Origin: a virus
Lineage: Duplodnaviria > Caudoviricetes
Direction: 5' to 3' (one strand)
Virus record (IMG/VR): IMGVR_UViG_3300005805_000223
Location: 1 to 36,813 of that record
DNA length: 36,813 nt
Under the pieces are notes generated by a model that was not told the DNA's origin, did not search any database, and saw only the letters and a program-made list of their open reading frames with translations. This document shows, one piece after another, positions 8,660-14,883 of this stretch (positions are counted from its first letter, which is position 1; every line of letters starts with the position of its first letter). The position numbers and the translations under genes were made by a program.

Positions 8660-8688
8660 TTGACATCATATCTCTAAGTGATTATAAT
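8660..8688 (+). promoter_or_regulatory. Perfect consensus sigma70 promoter
   Basis: TTGACA (8660-8665), 17 bp, TATAAT (8683-8688). Confidence 0.85.
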
Positions 8689-8838
8689 CAACTCTGTCAG
8701 GGTTGAAGAGAACAATCTAGCCAGCTATGAGTATTATAAAAGATCTTATTCGTACTGTTATCAACAAGCTTCGTAGAGTAATTGATGAGAATTCGCGCTT
8801 ATAATAATACTCTATGCGCATAGACGCATACAGCCACA

Positions 8839-8914
8839 GCCAATTCTTGAACTGTCCACTATTCGTGCCATGGGGTCTTGGTTCGTGTATTGTTATCACA
8901 GTTGAGAAACTTCA
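8839..8914 (+). promoter_or_regulatory. Early-promoter cassette copy 4
   Basis: GCCAATTcttgAACTGTCCAC...TATTGTTATCACAGTTGAGA. Confidence 0.7.
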
Positions 8915-9136
8915 ATGACCAACAACATCTCTTTTTCTGCACTTGTTGAACAGTATGCTGAACAGATTATGGACAGCATGGACATGAAGACGATGGAACA
9001 GTTTGTGTTTGATACTATTGTGGAGAATCTTAACAACTACTCCGAGTCGGAACTTATCAATGAGATTCGTGAATGTTATGGTGATGAGATGTTGGAAGAA
9101 TTCGGTGTGAAAGTAACTGAAACTCCTGAGGTGTGA
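8915..9136 (+). CDS. Acidic hypothetical protein
   Basis: About 17 D/E versus 3 K/R in 73 aa; stop codon lies inside cassette 5. Confidence 0.8.
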   Translation: MTNNISFSALVEQYAEQIMDSMDMKTMEQFVFDTIVENLNNYSESELINEIRECYGDEMLEEFGVKVTETPEV

Positions 9137-9211
9137 CAGTCTGGGAACTGTCCACTAAATCCCCCACGGGGTCCAAAATCGGTTATTGTTACTTCAGTTC
9201 AAACAAATCAC
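9133..9211 (+). promoter_or_regulatory. Early-promoter cassette copy 5
   Basis: GTGACAGTctgggaACTGTCCAC...TATTGTTACTTCAGTTC. Confidence 0.75.
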
Positions 9212-9406
9212 ATGACTTTCGTTCAAGGTTTGATTGCATCGGGTTATGAGTTCGATGATGAGAACTTCGATGCATGTTGGGTTCGTACTGATACCCAAGG
9301 TTTCATTCATTTGTATCAAGAAGGTGAAGATGAGAATGAGTGGAATTATGTGAAGATGAATGAGGACATGGATGTCATCACTGAGAAAACTTTCGCACTG
9401 AACTGA
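9212..9406 (+). CDS. Acidic hypothetical protein
   Basis: ORF after the cassette. Confidence 0.75.
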   Translation: MTFVQGLIASGYEFDDENFDACWVRTDTQGFIHLYQEGEDENEWNYVKMNEDMDVITEKTFALN

Positions 9407-9408
9407 TC

Positions 9409-9564
9409 ATGAACACCATCCAAATGAACAACATCAAAGAGTTCTTCACTGAGGAAGAGTGGGATGCAATCTTCGATGCAATCTGTGAGTATCAGGACCA
9501 TGGAGAAGAAGAGAGTGAGATGAGTTCTAAAATCCAATCCAAGATCCGTCAACTGTTCAACTGA
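9409..9564 (+). CDS. Acidic hypothetical protein (51 aa)
   Basis: MNTIQMNNIKEFFTEEEWDAIFDAICEYQDHGEEE...; not in track. Confidence 0.7.
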   Translation: MNTIQMNNIKEFFTEEEWDAIFDAICEYQDHGEEESEMSSKIQSKIRQLFN

Positions 9565-9573
9565 GGAATTACT

Positions 9574-9705
9574 ATGTGGGATGAAATTCAAGACATGCAA
9601 GGTGAAATCTTCGACATTCGTGATGAAGATCTCATGGATGTGTTTGCTGATGATGTAAAGGAAGATTTCGACCAAGAGACTAAGAAACTACTAGCCCAGT
9701 TTTGA
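9574..9705 (+). CDS. Very acidic peptide (43 aa, MWDEIQDMQGEIFD...)
   Basis: GAGG RBS; 15 D/E; not in track. Confidence 0.7.
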   Translation: MWDEIQDMQGEIFDIRDEDLMDVFADDVKEDFDQETKKLLAQF

Positions 9706-9776
9706 AACTGGGCCTGGCCCCTTGACCAGGGACCTGATCTGGTCCATACTAGCCACATCAACAACGGACGACCCCC
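9694..9776 (+). promoter_or_regulatory. Early-promoter cassette copy 6
   Basis: GCCCAGTTT-tg-AAACTGGGC; TTGACC(9722)-17 bp-CATACT(9745); AGCCACATCAAC. Confidence 0.85.
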
Positions 9777-10340
9777 ATGGTACTTCCAACTGTCATCGAA
9801 AGCTACAACACCGACTTCTCTCAGGAAATGGACGTTTCCTACTTCGTGGAGAAGTATGGTTTCTATAAACTTGCCGACGCGGACTTGAAGCCCGTTGAGC
9901 GTTTTATCAAGAACCCTGAAGTAAACCCTATCGACTACAAAGTTGTCAAGGGTTTGGAAGAACAATACGACACTTATCGTGAACTCATTTACATTTTGGC
10001 TATCGACGGTAAGGTAGCAAAGATCGGTGGCACTTATGTGGGAATGAAGGGTCGCCACATGTCCTACAACTGTGGAACTCGTAAAGCACGTGCAAAGGGA
10101 ACTTGTTCCGTCACGAACTATAACATCACTGAAACCCAGTACGCTGCTATTATGTCTGGGAAGAAAGTTGAGTGGTATGTGTTCGATGTTCCCGAAGCAG
10201 TCAACACTATCAACGTGTGGGGTGAAGAGGTTACCTACAACGCCAAGACTTTCTATAAGTATGAGTCGGCATTGTGTGACAAGTACGCTGCTCTTACTGG
10301 ACACTACCCTCTCCTGTCTTCCAACGCGGGGGTGGAGTGA
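9777..10340 (+). CDS. GIY-YIG-family nuclease, T4 endonuclease II (DenA)-like
   Basis: LIYILAIDGKVAKIGGT...MKGRHMSYNCG resembles the DenA VIYAIAINDELVYIGKT...RKRINYY pattern; late conserved E in YKYES followed by P. Confidence 0.6.
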   Translation: MVLPTVIESYNTDFSQEMDVSYFVEKYGFYKLADADLKPVERFIKNPEVNPIDYKVVKGLEEQYDTYRELIYILAIDGKVAKIGGTYVGMKGRHMSYNCGTRKARAKGTCSVTNYNITETQYAAIMSGKKVEWYVFDVPEAVNTINVWGEEVTYNAKTFYKYESALCDKYAALTGHYPLLSSNAGVE

Positions 10341-10400
10341 CAGTTGGGCGACTGTCCACCAGCCCTTGCTTTTGACCCTGATCTGGTCCATACTACCTAC
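10337..10400 (+). promoter_or_regulatory. Early-promoter cassette copy 7 (leaderless type)
   Basis: GTGACAGTTgggcGACTGTCCAC; TTGCTT-17 bp-CATACT-6 nt-ATG. Confidence 0.85.
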
Positions 10401-10568
10401 ATGAACAAAACCACTTCCAACCCCTACGAGTCCTACATCCTGTCCAAGGGTCGTGACCTCCCGACCGCAACCAAGAGCGACCGCAAGGTTCCCGCTCGCT
10501 TCGCGGATCGTTTCGCCACCTATGAGGAGTATGAGGAGGCGATGGCAGACTTCCTGAACGGGATGTGA
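10401..10568 (+). CDS. Hypothetical protein (MNKTTSNPYESYIL...)
   Basis: Start moved to the ATG after the cassette. Confidence 0.75.
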   Translation: MNKTTSNPYESYILSKGRDLPTATKSDRKVPARFADRFATYEEYEEAMADFLNGM

Positions 10569-10628
10569 CAGTCTTCGGGCTGTCCACCAGCCCTTGTTTT
10601 CCTCCCTGATCCGATCCATACTACCTAC
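10565..10628 (+). promoter_or_regulatory. Early-promoter cassette copy 8 (leaderless type)
   Basis: GTGACAGTCttcgGGCTGTCCAC; same length as copy 7 and mostly identical. Confidence 0.85.
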
Positions 10629-10811
10629 ATGAACACAGACACCATGACCCTGGAAACCGCCAACCTGATCTGGAATGCCTGCTACGGCACCGCCGCGATG
10701 GATGGATGGGACCTCTATACCAGTGAGCAACGCCTCCAGGCAATCGAAACCCGTAACGCCCACGCCAACGGTGGACAGTATGGCAGCTGGAACATCAGCG
10801 ACCGCGACTGA
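10629..10811 (+). CDS. Hypothetical protein
   Basis: ORF after the cassette. Confidence 0.75.
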   Translation: MNTDTMTLETANLIWNACYGTAAMDGWDLYTSEQRLQAIETRNAHANGGQYGSWNISDRD

Positions 10812-10854
10812 CCCCTAGGGGCCCTATACTAGCCACATCACCAAAGGACACCAG
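10812..10854 (+). promoter_or_regulatory. Truncated cassette copy 9
   Basis: GGGCCCTATACTAGCCACATCA. Confidence 0.75.
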
Positions 10855-11058
10855 ATGAACAGCAGCGCACAGAAACTTCAGGACGCTCTCAACGCGCTGA
10901 CCCCTGCAGAGCGGGACATGCTGGCAAAGTCAACTGTTCAGGATTGGATCAATACCTTTGCCGAATTGGTGAAGGACCCCACCTTTTGGCAAGGTATCAA
11001 AACCGCCTTCCTCCAGGGCATCGCTGACGGTCTGAAGGACTTCAACGCAGACGATTGA
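10855..11058 (+). CDS. Hypothetical protein
   Basis: AAGGA RBS. Confidence 0.75.
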   Translation: MNSSAQKLQDALNALTPAERDMLAKSTVQDWINTFAELVKDPTFWQGIKTAFLQGIADGLKDFNADD

Positions 11059-11129
11059 GCAACTGGCCACTTTGACCACAGATCCCCACTGAGGGGCCCT
11101 ATACTAGCCACATCAACCACAGACGACCA
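11059..11129 (+). promoter_or_regulatory. Cassette copy 10
   Basis: AACTGGCCAC...GGGGCCCTATACTAGCCACATCAACCA. Confidence 0.8.
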
Positions 11130-11399
11130 ATGAACGGCTACGCAACCTACGAAACCTGGAACGCCGCCCTCTGGATCCAGAACGATGAGTTCCTCTACAA
11201 CACCGCTAAGGCCTGTGTAGAGTATTGCGGTGACAACGACACTCCCTGGGCCAAGTTCCAGCGTTGCATGATGGACGGCCAGATCGGTCGCCACCTGGGC
11301 GCCACTGGTGACGGTGTGGCATGGAACGATCCCGCCATCGATGCAGAGGAGATGAACGACGTGCTCCACGAGCTGGTCTACGATGAGTTGATCGCCTGA
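11130..11399 (+). CDS. Conserved phage hypothetical protein (NGYATYETWNAALWIQNDE family)
   Basis: Widespread phage motif YETWNxxLWIxND...TxDGVAW. Confidence 0.85.
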   Translation: MNGYATYETWNAALWIQNDEFLYNTAKACVEYCGDNDTPWAKFQRCMMDGQIGRHLGATGDGVAWNDPAIDAEEMNDVLHELVYDELIA

Positions 11400-11455
11400 G
11401 GGCCTTGCCCCTCTCCCCCAAACCCCTTACACTGGCCACAACACACAGACACCTG
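11400..11455 (+). promoter_or_regulatory. Cassette copy 11 (promoter half)
   Basis: TTGCCC-17 bp-TACACT followed by GGCCACA. Confidence 0.65.
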
Positions 11456-11743
11456 ATGCGTTACCCCATCAACTGCAACGACAGCCACTCCGTCTGGACC
11501 CTCAAGGTCAACCCCTTTACGGGAACCGCCCGCGTCCGTTGGTTCAACAGCCCCCTGAAACAGTACCGTCACACCAACATCAGCCGTCGTGCCATCCTGG
11601 GGTTGATCTGGTACAGTGGCAACGTGAGCAAGGGAGAGTGGATCAACCGCAACTGCCTCCAGAGCCACATCACCCTGGAGCCCAAACTCAACTGGCGCCC
11701 AGTCTTCGAATCCATGGCCCAGAACACCGTCGCTAACGCCTGA
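11456..11743 (+). CDS. KTSC-like small protein
   Basis: SHSVWTLKVNPFTGTARVRWF...YRHTNIS...SKGEWINRN follows the KTSC pattern. Confidence 0.5.
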   Translation: MRYPINCNDSHSVWTLKVNPFTGTARVRWFNSPLKQYRHTNISRRAILGLIWYSGNVSKGEWINRNCLQSHITLEPKLNWRPVFESMAQNTVANA

Positions 11744-11745
11744 TC

Positions 11746-11895
11746 ATGCGTCACCTCCCCATCGGTAAGATCGCCCTGGCCCTGGGCCTCCTCCTGATCT
11801 TCAAGGGCACGGCCACTCAACTCCTCCAAACCGCATCCGTCCTGGACCGTGTGACAGCCAACCAACTGGCCACCATCACCGCAGAAGCCCCCTGA
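11746..11895 (+). CDS. Small membrane protein (49 aa)
   Basis: MRHLPIGKIALALGLLLIFKG...; C-terminus is read through cassette 12; not in track. Confidence 0.6.
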   Translation: MRHLPIGKIALALGLLLIFKGTATQLLQTASVLDRVTANQLATITAEAP

Positions 11896-11914
11896 AGGGC
11901 CCTATACTATCCAC
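11851..11914 (+). promoter_or_regulatory. Cassette copy 12 (leaderless type)
   Basis: GTGACAGCCaaccAACTGGCCAC...GGGCCCTATACT-6 nt-ATG. Confidence 0.8.
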
Positions 11915-12124
11915 ATGAACAGCGACGACCTCAAGACCTTGAACTTCACCCTCTCCCTGCAAGACCGCTGCATCGCCCTCGCTGAGGCACTTGCTGCAGA
12001 GATCAACGGTGACCTGTCCTATGTGCCTGAAGAGGATGCAGAGCGGATCCTGGCACGACTGACCGCCGACAACGTACAGGAGACGGCTGAGGAACTGGCA
12101 CAACTGGCCTACTGGTTCAACTGA
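11915..12124 (+). CDS. Acidic hypothetical protein
   Basis: ORF after the cassette. Confidence 0.75.
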   Translation: MNSDDLKTLNFTLSLQDRCIALAEALAAEINGDLSYVPEEDAERILARLTADNVQETAEELAQLAYWFN

Positions 12125-12162
12125 TCAGCCCCTATACTAGCCACATCAACCAAACGCAAGAC
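12080..12162 (+). promoter_or_regulatory. Cassette copy 13
   Basis: GAGACGGCTgaggAACTGGCAC...CCCTATACTAGCCACATCAACCAA. Confidence 0.75.
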
Positions 12163-12489
12163 ATGCGCAAGATCGAACGCCTGATGAACGCCGCGATCAC
12201 TGAGGGTCGTGACTGGTCCATGGACAACACCCGCGTCACTCACAACGATGGGGTCGCCTTTGTCTTCCTCCATGGTAACCTGATCGCTGAGGTGGCAGAG
12301 ACCCACGTCAAACTCCACGATGGGGGTTGGCAGTCCAGCACCACCAAGTCCCGCCTGAATGCGATCATGGATGCCCACTGCCTCCCTGGTGAGGGTATCT
12401 TCCAGCAGAAGTGGGAATGGTTCTGCCGTCTCTGGAATGGCACTGAGCACTTCGTCGTCCCCTTCCGTTCAGGGATGCGCCTCGCCTGA
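12163..12489 (+). CDS. Conserved phage hypothetical protein (MRKIE...LHGNLIA...GGWQSSTTKSRLNA family)
   Basis: Widespread phage motif. Confidence 0.85.
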   Translation: MRKIERLMNAAITEGRDWSMDNTRVTHNDGVAFVFLHGNLIAEVAETHVKLHDGGWQSSTTKSRLNAIMDAHCLPGEGIFQQKWEWFCRLWNGTEHFVVPFRSGMRLA

Positions 12490-12547
12490 GGGCCTTGCCA
12501 GGGGCCCTGCAGGGCCCTATACTAGCCACATCAACCAACCCAAGGAC
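12490..12547 (+). promoter_or_regulatory. Cassette copy 14 (promoter half)
   Basis: TTGCCA-17 bp (palindromic GGGCCCTGCAGGGCCC)-TATACT followed by AGCCACATCAACCAA. Confidence 0.85.
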
Positions 12548-12790
12548 ATGACCTCCTCCATCGACAACCTCACCGCCATCGCCGCCGACCTCAACGCCGC
12601 AGGCAAGACCGTGACGGTGACCGTTCTCAAGCCCCGTAAGGCCCGCAAGAGCGAGTTGGTGTTCTCCATGACCAAGGGCCCCCGCACGAACACCAACCGC
12701 CGTGGCCAGGCCTACCAGGGCCACGCCACGTCCTCCCGTGACATCAACGTTGAGGGCTCCTACGGCTCCTACTTCAAGACCAGCGGTTGA
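12548..12790 (+). CDS. Basic hypothetical protein (MTSSIDNL...KPRKARKS)
   Basis: AAGGA RBS; start moved within track ORF 12359..12790. Confidence 0.75.
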   Translation: MTSSIDNLTAIAADLNAAGKTVTVTVLKPRKARKSELVFSMTKGPRTNTNRRGQAYQGHATSSRDINVEGSYGSYFKTSG

Positions 12791-12812
12791 GGCAAGGGGC
12801 TCCAGCCAGTTC

Positions 12813-12833
12813 GGGGGGTTTATGTCCCCCCTT
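12813..12833 (+). terminator. GC hairpin after the last early-island gene
   Basis: GGGGGG-tttatgt-CCCCCC; weak U-tail. Confidence 0.4.
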
Positions 12834-13019
12834 ACCCCTAACCCTTACCGTATATAAAACCGCTAACTTCCCTAATCTATAAAAGTATGCGTCCTCGAAG
12901 GCTTTATAAAACGCAAAGTCATTCCGTGGCCCTCAAAAAAATTTCCGTGGGCACAAAGGCGCCACAAGGTCGAAACATAAATTATTCCGTGTAACGCAAA
13001 GTGCAACCGAAGGTGAACT

Positions 13020-13181
13020 ATGAGCGACTTAATTTTTCATGTCTACAAGGACGATAAAGTTAAAGCACACAATCTGACAGCAGACGAACTAGAAACTCTC
13101 ATTCACTCCAAGAAAGTAAAACCTGGAGAAGATGAGATATTACCGTTAGAAATTTCGTCAGAAACTCATGGATCATATTGA
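13020..13181 (+). CDS. Cyanophage hypothetical protein (53 aa)
   Basis: MSDLIFHVYKDDKVKAHNLTADELE...GSY; AAGGTG RBS; not in track. Confidence 0.7.
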   Translation: MSDLIFHVYKDDKVKAHNLTADELETLIHSKKVKPGEDEILPLEISSETHGSY

Positions 13182-13785
13182 TATTGAATTAAAATCTGGT
13201 ATACCCGTTCAGATTATCAATAATTTGTATAATGATGAAGAGTTAAGACTTATATGGGAAGAGTTAGAATTTCTCACATATCCACATAAACTCTTAGGTC
13301 CAAATGATACAAACTCGGCGATAGAGAATGGAGTAGTACAAAAAAGTAATCTTGGTATATTCTTAGATGATATTTGGCAGAATAGAAATCTTTCAAATAT
13401 TCTAATGATGAACCGTAAAATTTTTGAAAATAATATGGAAGTACTTCGAAGGTCGTCTTCATGGTTCTTTCAAAATTTTACCTGTAATACTGACACTACA
13501 TTACTTTCATATTATGAAAATAATGATTACTATAAACCACACTATGATCTTGCTGTAGTTACTGTTTTAACTTGGTTTTTTAGAGAACCAAAATGTTTTG
13601 ATGGTGGAGATTTAATTTTATGGGATCAAGATGAAAAACATGTAATTGAAGTAATGAATAATCGAACAGTTGTAATTCCAAGTTTTCTCATACATGAAGT
13701 TACTCCAATTTCAATGAAAGAACAATACCAAGGTCAAAAATTAGGTAGGTATTGTATGACTCAATTTTTAGGATATAAGCTTTGA
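13168..13785 (+). CDS. 2OG-Fe(II) oxygenase (prolyl-4-hydroxylase-like)
   Basis: YYKPHYD, FFREPKCFDGGDL, HEVTPI, GRYCMTQF. Confidence 0.9.
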   Translation: MDHIDIELKSGIPVQIINNLYNDEELRLIWEELEFLTYPHKLLGPNDTNSAIENGVVQKSNLGIFLDDIWQNRNLSNILMMNRKIFENNMEVLRRSSSWFFQNFTCNTDTTLLSYYENNDYYKPHYDLAVVTVLTWFFREPKCFDGGDLILWDQDEKHVIEVMNNRTVVIPSFLIHEVTPISMKEQYQGQKLGRYCMTQFLGYKL

Positions 13786-13811
13786 CAAAAAGCCTATATA
13801 CGTTGTATGAT
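13782..13811 (+). promoter_or_regulatory. sigma70-type promoter
   Basis: TTGACA-18 bp-TATGAT upstream of the ATG at 13838. Confidence 0.55.
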
Positions 13812-13837
13812 TTTTATTAAACCACTGAGAATTTTTC

Positions 13838-14590
13838 ATGGCAAAAGGATTTAGAGTTCAGGCTGCGACTCCAACTGCACCTGTAGATGACTTCGATATC
13901 GAAAAGTGTAGAGAAGATATTCGGGGTAAAAAAATTGTTTTCTGTCTTCCTGGACGTGGATGTTCTTACACGTTTTTGAAGAATTTTGTACAACTGTGTT
14001 TTGATCTGGTTCAGGCTGGTGCAGCAATCCAGATTTCACAGGATTATTCCTCCATGGTTAACTTTGCACGTTGTAAGGTTCTTGGAGCAAATGTACTTCG
14101 TGGAAAAAGTCAAGTTCCTTGGGATGGAAAACTCGAATATGATTATCAATTGTGGATTGATAATGACATCGTTTTCAATAGTGAAAGTTTCTGGCGTCTC
14201 TATCAGTTGGGGATGGAAAAAGAAATCGCAGCTGGTTGGTACGCCACTGAAGATGGTCACACAACTTCCGTTGCACACTGGTTAGACGAAGAGAACTTTG
14301 TGAAAAACCGTGGTGTGATGAATCATGAAACCGTTGAGACCATGAGTAAGCGTCGTCAACCATTCACTGTGGATTATACAGGTTTTGGTTGGGTCCTGAT
14401 TAAGAAGGGAGTCTTTGAGAATCTCGAATATCCCTGGTTTGCACCTCAAATGCAAGTCTTCGAATCTGGTGAGGTTCAGGACATGTGTGGTGAGGATGTC
14501 AGTTTCTGTCTCGATGCAAAGAAACAGGGATTAGAGATCTGGTGTGACCCTCGCATTCGTGTTGGTCATGAAAAAACCAGAATTATCTGA
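13838..14590 (+). CDS. Conserved cyanophage protein with a GT-A glycosyltransferase-like fold
   Basis: VNFARCK, YDYQLWIDNDIVF (DxD), TGFGWVLIKKGVFE, GEDVSFC, RVGHEK. Confidence 0.75.
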   Translation: MAKGFRVQAATPTAPVDDFDIEKCREDIRGKKIVFCLPGRGCSYTFLKNFVQLCFDLVQAGAAIQISQDYSSMVNFARCKVLGANVLRGKSQVPWDGKLEYDYQLWIDNDIVFNSESFWRLYQLGMEKEIAAGWYATEDGHTTSVAHWLDEENFVKNRGVMNHETVETMSKRRQPFTVDYTGFGWVLIKKGVFENLEYPWFAPQMQVFESGEVQDMCGEDVSFCLDAKKQGLEIWCDPRIRVGHEKTRII

Positions 14591-14735
14591 GGTTTATATA
14601 GTTTCTGTTGAAGGGCGCGTAGTCTTCTCGGGTAGTGAGGATGAAGCCCTTGACACTATACAGGACCTTTCTATACAATACTATGAAACGGGTTCACCTG
14701 ATCCGTCCACCATTACCTTAGAAAGAATCATTTAG
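14568..14735 (+). CDS. Hypothetical protein
   Basis: MKKPELSEVY...QYYETGSPDP. Confidence 0.65.
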   Translation: MKKPELSEVYIVSVEGRVVFSGSEDEALDTIQDLSIQYYETGSPDPSTITLERII

Positions 14736-14736
14736 A

Positions 14737-14883
14737 ATGGCTAAACTTAAATCATCCCTAACGGGAAAAAAGAAAATTGAAAGTAAGCCCAAGAAAACTC
14801 GCCAAGGAGCAGGGCAACACACCAAATATGCTGCATCATCCCGTAATGCAGCTCGCAAACGTTATCGAGGACAAGGAAAATGA
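14737..14883 (+). CDS. Small basic conserved protein ending RKRYRGQGK
   Basis: [31 protein letters not shown], typical upstream of gp25 in marine and freshwater T4-likes; not in track. Confidence 0.85.
   Translation: MAKLKSSLTGKKKIESKPKKTRQGAGQHTKYAASSRNAARKRYRGQGK

Noticed and set aside
8384-8677. 97-aa ORF in the non-coding hub
   Set aside because: It is a translation of the repeat motifs with atypical C/Y/R-rich composition, and it runs over the promoter.
9588-10763. 391-aa minus-strand ORF
   Set aside because: It is in codon register with three plus-strand genes that share one frame (9777, 10401, 10629). It is an antisense shadow from codon bias with no recognisable motifs.
2325-12547. 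True integron (attC array)
   Set aside because: There is no integrase in the window, the elements lack RYYYAAC/GTTRRRY ends, and each carries its own promoter.
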